From Caldisericales bacterium (GTDB lineage: Bacteria; Caldisericota; Caldisericia; Caldisericales; Caldisericaceae): a DNA stretch of 64,000 nucleotides. Positions 1-8,789 of the stretch are shown in pieces; positions within the stretch are counted from its first letter, which is position 1, and each line of letters starts with the position of its first letter. The notes under the pieces were generated by a model. It did not search any database and was not told where the DNA came from. It saw only the letters and a program-made list of their open reading frames with translations. The stretch is from positions 59,554-123,553 of the forward strand of contig WFZA01000049.1 in assembly GCA_015489815.1 (NCBI GenBank), given 5' to 3'. The translations under genes and the position numbers were made by a program.

Positions 1-929
1 TTTTCAGAGATTCCCATAAGAGTTTCCATGCTATTGTCCAGAACAGAAATGACTTTTTCCTCATCGGCTGAGAACTTCTTGCTTTTTGCTTTTTCAACAA
101 ACAAGCCCTTAAACACAGAAACATAAGTAAGTACATCGTTAGGCTCAGTAATGGGAATAGCGCCGTCCTTTATTAGCATATTCGTACCTTCGCTCATTTT
201 ACTCGTAATGTTCCCTGGCACTGCGAATACATCGCGCCCCTGCTCGGCAGCAAGACGGGCAGTAATGAGGGAGCCGCTTTTCTTCGCAGCCTCCACGACA
301 ATTGTAGCATAACTGAGACCGCTGATGATCCTATTTCTGAATGGAAAGTTAAAAGGTTTCGGTTCGGTTCCAAATGGAAATTCAGAAATCACCGCACCAT
401 AATCACTATAAATTTTCTCAGCCAGAAATTTGTTCGATGCAGGATAAATCCTATCAAGACCGCTTCCTATAACGGCAAAAGTCTTTCCACCAGCAGTAAT
501 TGCACCGCTATGAGCAGCGCTATCTATTCCCAGAGCAAGCCCGCTTACCATAATAATACCAAACCTCGCAAAAGATGCGGCAAACTTTTGCGCAACAGTC
601 TGGCCGTACTTCGTACACTTTCTTGAACCAACAATACTAATCAAATATTTACCAGAAGATGATAAATCCCCCTTTACATAAAGAACGAGTGGGGGGTCAC
701 TAATCTCTTTCAGTAAAAATGGGTAATCTTCGTCTTCCATTGTTACGATTTTTACATCAAGGCTTTTTGCTTTTTTGATTTCTGCTTCAGCAAATTTTAG
801 ATCAGTATCGCTAAAAAATTCCTTAGTAGAAATGGTATTATTTTCTAAAAAATATCTATATACTTTAGAAAAGCGCCTTCTTTCTTTAAACCGCATACTG
901 TTTAATGCCACATATCTTACTAAGTTCAT
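1..929 (-). CDS. dprA: DNA processing protein DprA (Smf); C-terminus runs off the window edge
   Basis: Manual reverse-strand translation from an ATG near 929 gives MNLVRYVALNSMRFKERRRF...GSGLDRIYPASNKFLAEKI...GSLITARLAAEQGRDVFAVPGNI, a typical DprA Rossmann-like core. The ORF continues to position 1. Confidence 0.8.
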   Translation of the reverse strand, partial: MNLVRYVALNSMRFKERRRFSKVYRYFLENNTISTKEFFSDTDLKFAEAEIKKAKSLDVKIVTMEDEDYPFLLKEISDPPLVLYVKGDLSSSGKYLISIVGSRKCTKYGQTVAQKFAASFARFGIIMVSGLALGIDSAAHSGAITAGGKTFAVIGSGLDRIYPASNKFLAEKIYSDYGAVISEFPFGTEPKPFNFPFRNRIISGLSYATIVVEAAKKSGSLITARLAAEQGRDVFAVPGNITSKMSEGTNMLIKDGAIPITEPNDVLTYVSVFKGLFVEKAKSKKFSADEEKVISVLDNSMETLMGISE

Positions 930-977
930 TTTTCTATAATACACTATTTCAATGAATATTCAAATATGATATAATAG

Positions 978-1120
978 ATTTCAGCCTCCAGGGCAAGGTG
1001 AGCGGACAAACAATCCGCAATTCCTGATCGGTGGTGATAGGTTTATGCCTTAAGCCCACGAGCCAAAAAGGCCGATTCGGTGAGAATCCGAAGCCGACAG
1101 TATAGTCTGGACGGAAGGAG
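978..1120 (+). ncRNA. FMN riboswitch (RFN element)
   Basis: The 3' part ...CCGAUUCGGUGAGAAUCCGAAGCCGACAGUAUAGUCUGGACGGAAGGAGG matches the conserved RFN 3' consensus (GAAGCCGACAGUGAAAGUCUGGAUGGGAGAAGGA). The upstream GGGCAAGGUGA and AGCCCACGAGCC segments match GGGCAGGGUGAAAUUCCC and AGCCCGUGACCCG. The P1 5' strand CCUCC (~984) pairs with GGAGG (~1116). It sits directly upstream of a RibU-like ECF S-component. Confidence 0.7.
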
Positions 1121-1147
1121 GTGAACGCTGACCCTGGACAGCTATTT

Positions 1148-1693
1148 ATGCAACAATCAAAACTGAGAGCAGTACTCTTTGCAGGTATTCTTGCAGCACT
1201 TGGATTCGTATTAATGAGGTTTACGGAATTCCCTTTAATTCCCTCAGCTGCTTTCCTCAAAACAGACCTTGGAGACCTTCCAGTACTACTTGGAACCATA
1301 TTCCTTGGGCCATGGTACGGAATAGGAATGGTATTTACAAAAGATTTGCTTTATCTCTTAAGTGGAGGAGGTGGAGGCGGTATTTTAGGTGCATTCATTA
1401 ACTTTATTGCCGTAGGTACACTTGCCTTTGTATTGGGACTATTTACTCAAAAAGCGAAAAACTATATTAGTATCACTATTGGCTTTATTACTGGAACAAT
1501 CACAATGACAGTTTTAATGTTTTTCGTAAATATGTGGGCGGTTCCCACTTTCTGGTCACCTGGAATAACACATAAAGCACTTATGACTTACCTATACACT
1601 GTAAACCTCCCTTTCAATTTATTAAAAGGTGCACTCGACACTATTTTTACGCTTCTACTTTATGCTGCATTAAAAAAGAGGCAAAGAGTATAA
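1148..1693 (+). CDS. ribU: ECF transporter substrate-specific (S) component, probably the riboflavin transporter RibU
   Basis: Six-TM small membrane protein MQQSKLRAVLFAGILAALGFVLMRF...DLGDLPVLLGTIFLGPWYG, typical of ECF S-components. It lies downstream of the FMN riboswitch. The track ORF starts at a GTG at 1121 that abuts the GGAGG, so the ATG at 1148 is the more plausible start, but the start is uncertain. Confidence 0.65.
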   Translation: MQQSKLRAVLFAGILAALGFVLMRFTEFPLIPSAAFLKTDLGDLPVLLGTIFLGPWYGIGMVFTKDLLYLLSGGGGGGILGAFINFIAVGTLAFVLGLFTQKAKNYISITIGFITGTITMTVLMFFVNMWAVPTFWSPGITHKALMTYLYTVNLPFNLLKGALDTIFTLLLYAALKKRQRV

Positions 1694-1698
1694 AACAA

Positions 1699-1725
1699 AT
1701 ATGGGAGGCCTAATACCTCCCATAT
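1699..1725. terminator. Bidirectional intrinsic terminator hairpin between convergent ribU and rplT
   Basis: Perfect 10-bp stem ATATGGGAGG-cctaata-CCTCCCATAT flanked by A/T runs on both sides. Confidence 0.5.
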
Positions 1726-1754
1726 TAAATTCCAAAGATATATTTGTTTCTGTA

Positions 1755-2123
1755 TTAATTTTTAACTTCTTTTCCAAGTGCTTCCTTTGCTTTACTAACT
1801 AATTCTTCAAAAGTTTTCTGGTCGTTAACTGCAAGATCTGCAAGCATCTTTCTGTCAATTTGAATGTTAGCTTTCTTTAATCCGTTCATAAATTTACTAT
1901 AGGAAAGCCCAAACTGTCTTGAGAGCGCATTTATCCTTATAATCCAGAGATTCCTGAACTCTCTCTTCCTTTCTCTTCTATGAACATAAGAATTTTTCAA
2001 GGCATGCATAACAGCTTCGTTAGCTACTTTAAAGCGTTTAGACGCAGCCCCTCTATAACCCTTTGCCATTTTAAGAATTTTCTTATGCTTTCTCCTATTT
2101 ACAACGCCGGCTTTTACTCTCAT
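1755..2123 (-). CDS. rplT: 50S ribosomal protein L20
   Basis: [42 protein letters not shown]... is a canonical L20 sequence. Confidence 0.95.
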   Translation of the reverse strand: MRVKAGVVNRRKHKKILKMAKGYRGAASKRFKVANEAVMHALKNSYVHRRERKREFRNLWIIRINALSRQFGLSYSKFMNGLKKANIQIDRKMLADLAVNDQKTFEELVSKAKEALGKEVKN

Positions 2124-2139
2124 TTAACTCACTCTCCTT

Positions 2140-2343
2140 TCACTTTAAATAAGGAAGAAGCGCCTTTATGTTCTTCATGTCTTCTTTTGTTACGACCCTT
2201 TTTTTGAGTTGTCTTTTCTTTCTTTTCATTGTCTTTTTCTCAAGATGGTGACTATGCCCGGCACCATAAGCAACTATTTTTCCACTACCCGTTACTTTAA
2301 ATCTTTTAGCTGCTGATTTTGTCGTTCGCATCTTTTTTTTCAT
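2140..2343 (-). CDS. rpmI: 50S ribosomal protein L35
   Basis: [24 protein letters not shown]... is a canonical L35. Confidence 0.9.
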   Translation of the reverse strand: MKKKMRTTKSAAKRFKVTGSGKIVAYGAGHSHHLEKKTMKRKKRQLKKRVVTKEDMKNIKALLPYLK

Positions 2344-2890
2344 TTTTATCTCTCCTTTCCTTCAATTTTTTCAATGTTTCCTTTGTTGGCTCCATATAGA
2401 AAATGAGATTCCTTCCTGACAGTTTTGGCTCACTTGAAACAGTTGCAACATCGGAAAGTGCATCAATAATCTTATGAGCAAGTTCAAATCCTTTTTCAGT
2501 ATGCGCCATTTCCCTACCTCTAAACCAGATTTCAAGTTTAACACGATTTCCGGATTCAAGAAACTTCCTTACTTTTTTATTCTTTGTATCCAGGTCATTC
2601 TTATCAATCTTAAGTCTATAACGCATCTGCTTCATTTCAACTTTCATCTGCTTCTTCTTGGCTTCTTTTTCTTTCTTATTTTTCTCGTATAAGTACTTGC
2701 CTAAATCAACAATTTTGCAAACAGGGGGATTTGCACTTGGAGCAATTGCCACGAGATCGAGATTTTTGTCGCGTGCAATATTAAGCGCCTCACGAGAACT
2801 AACAATTCCCACTTGATTTCCATTTTCGTCAATTAATCGTACTTCTTTCCACCTAATTCTTTCGTTCGCAATAACATCTTTTTCTTTAAT
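2306..2890 (-). CDS. infC: Translation initiation factor IF-3, with a non-canonical ATT (AUU) start
   Basis: IF-3 core (...[26 protein letters not shown]...[16 protein letters not shown]). Upstream of the track ORF the frame stays open through [26 protein letters not shown] back to an ATT preceded by GGAGGTGAaaat. AUU initiation of infC is a known autoregulatory feature. Confidence 0.85.
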   Translation of the reverse strand: MKEKDVIANERIRWKEVRLIDENGNQVGIVSSREALNIARDKNLDLVAIAPSANPPVCKIVDLGKYLYEKNKKEKEAKKKQMKVEMKQMRYRLKIDKNDLDTKNKKVRKFLESGNRVKLEIWFRGREMAHTEKGFELAHKIIDALSDVATVSSEPKLSGRNLIFYMEPTKETLKKLKERRDKNEKKDANDKISS

Positions 2891-2902
2891 ATTTTCACCT
2901 CC

Positions 2903-2934
2903 ATAAAAAAATTAGGTAGCACGAGGCTACCTAA
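2903..2934 (-). terminator. Hairpin plus U-tract immediately 5' of the infC RBS (thrS terminator or infC-rpmI-rplT leader attenuator)
   Basis: On the minus strand: TTAGGTAGCCTCGTGCTACCTAA followed by TTTTTTTAT, then GGAGGTGAAAAT-ATT. Confidence 0.4.
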
Positions 2935-3045
2935 TTTATAAAGTATTTTATTATAAAAAACCTTTTCGCAAGCCTCGAGCCGCTTAAGGTAGGGTAAAAA
3001 CCCTTTTTCTTTAATTTTCTGACTTATTATACAGGTTTATTACTT

Positions 3046-4965
3046 TTAATCAATAGTTTTATTTTTAACTTCTTCTTTAATCATGTCAACAAACTCATTA
3101 AATTTAACCGGCCCTAGATTTCCCTTATGTCTTTTACGCACAGAAACAGTTCCATTTTCTACTTCCCTCTGTCCTATTACGAGAACATAAGGAATTTTTT
3201 CCTTTTCTGCATCACGAACTTTAGCATTCATCTTTTCGTTTCTCGAATCGAGTTCTACTCTTATATCATTGCTAAATAACTCATCGTAAACCTTTTTAGC
3301 ATATTCCAACTGATTTTCAGAAATTGGCACAATCTTTACCTGAACAGGTGCAAGCCATGTTGGAAAAGCACCAGCATATTGCTCAATTAATGTTCCAAAG
3401 AATCGTTCCATAGAACCAAGTACGACCCTATGAAGCATAATTGGTCTGTGTGGATTTCCGTCTTTTCCTATGTAAGTTACATCAAATCTTTCGGGAAGGT
3501 TAAAGTCTACCTGGACAGTAGGACCCTGCCACTCTCTTCCCAATGCGTCGACCAACTTTACATCAATTTTTGGACCGTAAAATACGCCTTCACCTGGATC
3601 TATTTTGTAAGGCAGCCCTAACTTCTCCACTGCGACTTTTAGCGCATTAGTAGCAAGTTCCCAGTGTTCAAGTGAACCCACATACTTTTCGGGACGAGTA
3701 GACAGATAGATGTTGTACTTATCAAACCCAAATGTTTCAATCATAAACTTAGTAAAATCCAAAACACCTATAATTTCGTCCTCCAACTGTTCCGGAGTAA
3801 CAAACAGGTGGGCGTCATCCTGAGTAAAGCCCCTAACTCTTAGTAGCCCGTGTAGTACTCCGGATTTTTCGTATCTATAAACTGTCCCAAGTTCCGCATA
3901 CCTAATTGGTAAATCTCTATAACTCCGCATCCTTGACTTATAGACCATAATATGGAAAGGGCAGTTCATTGGTTTTACCATGTATTGCCCTTTGTCCACC
4001 TCCATAGGAGAGAACATGTTTTCTCTGTAAAAATCCCAGTGGCCTGAGATTTTCCACAAATCCACGCGAGCAATGTGCGGCGTGTACAAAAATTGATAAC
4101 CACGCTTTATGTGTTCCTTTTTCCAGAAGTCCTCAATAACCATTCTTATCACAGCACCTTTAGGATGCCATAAAATAAGCCCTGGGCCCACATTTTCGTT
4201 AATACTAAACAAGTCTAATTCTTTCCCAAGCTTCCTATGGTCGCGTTTTTTCGCTTCGTCCAGGAAGTGAAGGTATTTCTTAAGGCTATTTTTAGTTGCA
4301 AAGGCAGTACCATATATACGCTGAAGCATTTTATTTTTTTCGTCTCCACGCCAATAAGCACCTGCAACAGAAAGAAGTTTAAAATTTTTCAAGTACCCCG
4401 TGGAAGGAATGTGAGGACCTCGACACAAATCTGTAAAATCCCCTTGAGTATAAATACTCACCGTATCGTCAGGAATTTCAGACAAAATTTCAAGTTTATA
4501 TGTTTGACCTTTACTTCTAAAAAAGTTTTCTGCTTCCTTTTTTGATAGGACTCTCCTTTCGAATGGATAATTTTCTTTTACGATTTTCTTCATTTCTGAT
4601 TCTATCTTTTCGAGGTCTTCAGGCGTAAAAGTATGGTCAAGATCAAAATCGTAGTAAAAGCCGTTTTCTATTGCAGGTCCTATAGTGTACTTAGCGTCCG
4701 GAAAGAAGTGTAACACCGCCTGTGCCATAATGTGAGATGCACTATGTCGCAAGATCTCTTCGCCCTCTTTAGAATTTATGTATATAGGAACAATTTCACA
4801 GTCACTTTCTAAACTATCTGACAGATCCAATAATTTATCTCCACACCTTACAGCAATAATATCTTTCTTATATAGACCAAGAGATTCGAGAGCCTCTTTC
4901 ACTGATATACCTTTTTTAAAAAGAAGTTCTTTATCTCCTGCCTTTATTTTAATATTCTCTGACAT
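3046..4965 (-). CDS. thrS: Threonyl-tRNA synthetase
   Basis: 639 aa with a TGS N-terminal domain and a class II core (e.g. [36 protein letters not shown]). Confidence 0.95.
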   Translation of the reverse strand: MSENIKIKAGDKELLFKKGISVKEALESLGLYKKDIIAVRCGDKLLDLSDSLESDCEIVPIYINSKEGEEILRHSASHIMAQAVLHFFPDAKYTIGPAIENGFYYDFDLDHTFTPEDLEKIESEMKKIVKENYPFERRVLSKKEAENFFRSKGQTYKLEILSEIPDDTVSIYTQGDFTDLCRGPHIPSTGYLKNFKLLSVAGAYWRGDEKNKMLQRIYGTAFATKNSLKKYLHFLDEAKKRDHRKLGKELDLFSINENVGPGLILWHPKGAVIRMVIEDFWKKEHIKRGYQFLYTPHIARVDLWKISGHWDFYRENMFSPMEVDKGQYMVKPMNCPFHIMVYKSRMRSYRDLPIRYAELGTVYRYEKSGVLHGLLRVRGFTQDDAHLFVTPEQLEDEIIGVLDFTKFMIETFGFDKYNIYLSTRPEKYVGSLEHWELATNALKVAVEKLGLPYKIDPGEGVFYGPKIDVKLVDALGREWQGPTVQVDFNLPERFDVTYIGKDGNPHRPIMLHRVVLGSMERFFGTLIEQYAGAFPTWLAPVQVKIVPISENQLEYAKKVYDELFSNDIRVELDSRNEKMNAKVRDAEKEKIPYVLVIGQREVENGTVSVRKRHKGNLGPVKFNEFVDMIKEEVKNKTID

Positions 4966-4994
4966 TCGATTCCTCCTACCAGTAGATAAAGTTA

Positions 4995-5068
4995 TGGTGG
5001 GCGATAGTGGAATCGAACCACTGACCTCTTCGGTGTCAACGAAGCGTTCTACCTCTGAACTAACCGCC
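4995..5068 (-). tRNA. tRNA-Val (anticodon GAC)
   Basis: The reverse complement GGGCGGTTAGTTCAGAGGTAGAACGCTTCGTTGACACCGAAGAGGTCAGTGGTTCGATTCCACTATCGCCCACCA folds as a cloverleaf with anticodon loop TTGACAC and an encoded CCA. The + strand ORF 4778..5131 is an artefact over it. Confidence 0.9.
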
Positions 5069-5080
5069 CACTCTCTTATT

Positions 5081-5109
5081 ATTTATACTGAAAAACAAAT
5101 TCCTGTCAA
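5081..5109 (-). promoter_or_regulatory. Sigma-A-like promoter for tRNA-Val and the thrS-infC-rpmI-rplT operon
   Basis: On the minus strand: TTGACA-16 nt-TATAAA, about 10 nt upstream of the tRNA 5' end. Confidence 0.4.
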
Positions 5110-5135
5110 GTATTTTACGGATTTAGATTAAAAAG

Positions 5136-5165
5136 AAAACCCCTCCACAAATTGGAGGGGTTTTC
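5136..5165 (-). terminator. Intrinsic terminator after the ABC substrate-binding protein gene
   Basis: AAAACCCCTCCA-caaa-TTGGAGGGGTTTT, a perfect stem with U-tracts on both strands. Confidence 0.6.
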
Positions 5166-5185
5166 AAAGAACTTATGTTAACTAA

Positions 5186-6859
5186 TTAGTGTTCACCTAT
5201 ATCTGCACGAATCTTTGCTGCAAGTTCTTTAAGCCCATTTTCAGGAGTCGTCTTTCCAAGATACACTTTTTGTAGTTCAGCAGAAATATCCCTCCTTGCA
5301 GTATTCCATGCAGCAGTTGGAGGCTCAGTCAAACAATTTGCAAGTTGATCGTAACCCGCCCTGAGGTCAGGATGCTCATTAAGGAAGTTCTGAAGGATAG
5401 GAAGCTTAAGAGCAGACTTTCTTACAGGAAGGTAACCAGATCCAACAGCCCAACGAGCAGTCTGTCTCGGTGAATCAAACCACTTAACAAACTTCCATGC
5501 ACCCATTTGCTGTTCAGCAGTAGAGTTCGTTCCAAAGATTACGACATTTGTACCATACATTACGGAATGCTGACCTGCAGGACCTGCTGGAAGTTCTGCT
5601 TCAGCAAATTTAAACTTTCCACCCACTGCTTTATTAATGTAGTAGTAACTTGCAACGCTTGCAAAGATGAATGCACATCTCTGGTTTCCAAAGTCAGTCT
5701 GATACGCATACCTTGTCGTAATATGCATTGCTCCACTCTTCACGAGGTCGTTAAACTTTTGCATTGCAATGAGCCCTGCTGGTTCGCTAGTGTTGGGAGT
5801 TTTATCGAAGAGGACCTTTCTGTAGTCATTAGAGAGCACCTGTCCTCCATATTCGTAAACTCTTGCATACCATACATCTACAGATGGAGTATAAGACACA
5901 CCCCACTGACTACCGTCAGACTTGGTAAGTGCTTTACAATCTTTTTCAAACTCGTCCCATGTCTTTGGAACAGAAAGTCCGTTCTTTTTAAGCATATCGA
6001 TGTTATAGTACATCACAATGTCACTCTTGTTGAACGGGAGCATCCAGAGTTTCCCGTCAGGAAGATAACCGTCTTTCCACATGTTTTCAAAGAAGTCTTC
6101 TCTATCTTTTTTAAGAAGGCCTTCTGGACCATAAACAAACTTCTGCATAGGAATTAAGTAACCACCAGTAATGTACTGCGCTACCCAGTTTTCGTATGCC
6201 TGAGTAAGCACAGGTGGATTACCAGCTGCAATTGCTGCAATAGTTTTCTGCTGAAGCGGCCTGTAACTTGAGAAAGAGGTACTGTCAATTTCAATTCTTG
6301 GATGGGTAGCATTAAACTCTTTTACGAGAGCCTTTAGCGTATCGCCCTGCTTGTAGTTCATTGCATTCCAGAAGGATACTTTCACCGGTTTCCAGTCAGG
6401 AGAATACTTAATCGTTACGGAACGCTCAGTACCATTCCAGGTAACTTCCATTCCAAGAGTTTCAGCAACAAATCTTACAGGAACAACCGTTCTTGAAGTC
6501 TTTACAATAATTGTAGGTGGCGCATCAAGATAAACATCATACCCATTTGCCTGTGCTTTTACATCATCGATCTTCAAAATAGCGATATTCTTTCCAAGAG
6601 TAATAGTAACAGTCCTATCCTTAGGATTCCACTGAACATTTGCCCCCATTGCCTCAGATACAAATCTAATAGGCACCATAGTTCTGTTGTTCATTATTAC
6701 TGGCGGTTGATCAAGAGGCTTTTCTACTCCATTCACATACGCCACCGGTTTACCAATGTAGATCTTAACAGTAGTTACATTTTCAGCAGCAGTTTTAGAG
6801 AAAGGTACAATAACTGTTACAGCAAGTAAAAGAGCAAGAATCAATGCAAGATACTTTTT
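5186..6859 (-). CDS. Carbohydrate ABC transporter substrate-binding protein with two N-terminal copper-amine-oxidase N-terminal-like (stalk) domains
   Basis: Signal peptide, then two ~60-aa repeats (...VNGVEKPLDQPPVIMNNRTMVPIRFVSEAMGANVQWNPKDRTVTI... and ...YLDAPPTIIVKTSRTVVPVRFVAETLGMEVTWNGTERSVTI), then a family-1 solute-binding domain. There is no lipobox. The likely start is the ATG at 6859 (M5 of the track ORF), which has a GAGGAGG RBS. Confidence 0.8.
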   Translation of the reverse strand, partial: KKYLALILALLLAVTVIVPFSKTAAENVTTVKIYIGKPVAYVNGVEKPLDQPPVIMNNRTMVPIRFVSEAMGANVQWNPKDRTVTITLGKNIAILKIDDVKAQANGYDVYLDAPPTIIVKTSRTVVPVRFVAETLGMEVTWNGTERSVTIKYSPDWKPVKVSFWNAMNYKQGDTLKALVKEFNATHPRIEIDSTSFSSYRPLQQKTIAAIAAGNPPVLTQAYENWVAQYITGGYLIPMQKFVYGPEGLLKKDREDFFENMWKDGYLPDGKLWMLPFNKSDIVMYYNIDMLKKNGLSVPKTWDEFEKDCKALTKSDGSQWGVSYTPSVDVWYARVYEYGGQVLSNDYRKVLFDKTPNTSEPAGLIAMQKFNDLVKSGAMHITTRYAYQTDFGNQRCAFIFASVASYYYINKAVGGKFKFAEAELPAGPAGQHSVMYGTNVVIFGTNSTAEQQMGAWKFVKWFDSPRQTARWAVGSGYLPVRKSALKLPILQNFLNEHPDLRAGYDQLANCLTEPPTAAWNTARRDISAELQKVYLGKTTPENGLKELAAKIRADIGEH

Positions 6860-6904
6860 CATACTACACACCTCCTCGTTTAATTTATTTTTAAATACTT
6901 TTTA

Positions 6905-7747
6905 CTAACCTTTTAATGCACCTCTTGAAAGGCCTTCTATAAATTGTTTCTGGAAAATAAGGAACAGAATCAAAACGGGCGTCATTGCCATAGTTGCACC
7001 CGCAGTAAGCAACCCCCATTGCTGGCTTTCTTCTCCTAAATAGGAATTCAATGCCACCTCAAGAGGCCAGATGTGCGGGTCTCTTGCAACAATTAAAGGC
7101 CAGAGGAACGAATTCCAGCTGCCAAGAAACACAAATAACGATAATGTAAGCAGCATCGGCGTAGCCATAGGAACTGCAATAGAAAAGAAGTAGCGACCTA
7201 TGGAACAACCGTCTACCTGCGCAGCTTCCCACAATTCGTTAGGAAGAGTCTTAAAGAACTGCCTCATAAGAAATATACCAAAAACACTTGCACCCCATGG
7301 AATGATCATTGCCTGGTAAGTATTAAGCCAATGCAGGTTTTTTAAAATTACATAGTTAGGAATAAGCAACATTTCCCCGGGTATCATCATAAGTCCTAAT
7401 AAAAGCATAAATATTTTGTTCCTTCCTGGGAAGCGTATTTTTGCAAATGCAAACCCAGCAATAGTAGAATTAAATACAGACAAAAGTGTGGTAGTAGTAG
7501 CAATGAAAACTGTGTTCCATATAAACCTCCACCAGGAAATACCGAATGGTGGGTTGGTCCACATCTGTTTGTAATTGCCAAAATAAAAATCCGGAATAAG
7601 TTTTGGTGGATACCTAAACAAGGTAGACGCTTTGTCAAGTGATGAGATCACCATCCAATAAAATGGGAACGCCATAATTACAACTGCAATGGAAAGTATT
7701 AGATATGTAAAGAAAACAGACCACTGAAATTTTTTATGCCGCTTCAT
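6905..7747 (-). CDS. Carbohydrate ABC transporter permease (MalG/UgpE-like)
   Basis: Six-TM permease with an EAA-like loop (EAAQVDGCSIGRYFFSIAVP). Confidence 0.85.
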   Translation of the reverse strand: MKRHKKFQWSVFFTYLILSIAVVIMAFPFYWMVISSLDKASTLFRYPPKLIPDFYFGNYKQMWTNPPFGISWWRFIWNTVFIATTTTLLSVFNSTIAGFAFAKIRFPGRNKIFMLLLGLMMIPGEMLLIPNYVILKNLHWLNTYQAMIIPWGASVFGIFLMRQFFKTLPNELWEAAQVDGCSIGRYFFSIAVPMATPMLLTLSLFVFLGSWNSFLWPLIVARDPHIWPLEVALNSYLGEESQQWGLLTAGATMAMTPVLILFLIFQKQFIEGLSRGALKG

Positions 7748-8708
7748 TTTTGGCCTCCGTTCTTTGCTCTCCAGAGTAAAATACTTTTCTACCCGTAAAT
7801 TTCATATTGAGTAGTGTCAAAGCAAATATAAACACGAATAGCATAACCGCAACTGCACTCGCATAGCCCGCCTGCCAATCATCAAATGCCTTTACATATA
7901 GATAATACCCCATAGTGGTCGTAGAATTATACGGACCACCGCTCGTCATAACAAACACAGGAGTAAACATCTTAAATGCACCTATCATAGAAATTATTAA
8001 AATAAAGAATGTAGTTGGAGAAAGAAGAGGCCATACTACATTCCAGAATACGCCGTTTCCGTTTGCTCCGTCAATTTCTGCAGCTTCTTTAAGTTCGGGA
8101 GAAACACCAGACAAACCCGCCATAAAGATAATCGTATCAAAGCCAATTTCGTGCCAGGATACATATATCACAATAGCAATAAGTGCCGGCGGGAAGCTTA
8201 AAAGCCAGTTAACCGTCGGTAAGTGAAGCATATTCAGAAAAGCGTTAATAATACCGTACTTTGAGCCTTCGAACATCCACATCCAGACGATCGAAGTCGC
8301 AACGAGTGGTGTAACATACGCGATAAAGATTCCGAGCCTGAAAAAGCTCTTAAACCTAATAGGTTTCATAAGAAGAACGGCTAATATAAGAGAAATTGTA
8401 ATTTGCAAAGGAACACTCATAGCCACATACTCAATTGTAACGAGTACAGAGTGCCAGAATTCTGGAGCATAAGGAGAACGGAACAATAAGTTTTCGTAGT
8501 TCTGCAATCCTACAAAGTGCTTTGGACCAATCATATTCCAGTCCAGCGTGCTAATGTAAAAGACAAAGATTGATGGGAATATTGAAAAAGTAAGCAAAAT
8601 TAATGTAGCAGGCGAAATAAATAAATAACCTGTAAGCGCTTCCTTTAGGCGTTTAATCCTTTTTCTTCTTTTAGAAGTTTCAGCATCATACCTTTCCAGC
8701 TCGCTCAT
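7734..8708 (-). CDS. Carbohydrate ABC transporter permease (MalF/UgpA-like)
   Basis: Permease with an EAA motif (EAAEIDGANGNGVFWNVVWPLLSP). It overlaps the downstream permease, indicating an operon. Confidence 0.85.
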   Translation of the reverse strand: MSELERYDAETSKRRKRIKRLKEALTGYLFISPATLILLTFSIFPSIFVFYISTLDWNMIGPKHFVGLQNYENLLFRSPYAPEFWHSVLVTIEYVAMSVPLQITISLILAVLLMKPIRFKSFFRLGIFIAYVTPLVATSIVWMWMFEGSKYGIINAFLNMLHLPTVNWLLSFPPALIAIVIYVSWHEIGFDTIIFMAGLSGVSPELKEAAEIDGANGNGVFWNVVWPLLSPTTFFILIISMIGAFKMFTPVFVMTSGGPYNSTTTMGYYLYVKAFDDWQAGYASAVAVMLFVFIFALTLLNMKFTGRKVFYSGEQRTEAKNEAA

Positions 8709-8789
8709 ATTTTTCTCCTTTCTTACAGCATATTATTATAACCAAATCAAATATTTCTGTCAAACAAAATTTCCATTAAATGCAAATTT

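Noticed and set aside
949-1299. 116-aa minus-strand ORF in the ORF track
   Set aside because: It lies antisense over the FMN riboswitch and the 5' end of the ribU-like gene and has no recognisable domain. It is most likely a spurious reading frame.
4778-5131. 117-aa plus-strand ORF
   Set aside because: It spans the tRNA-Val gene and its promoter on the opposite strand. The [11 protein letters not shown] segment is simply the translated tRNA.
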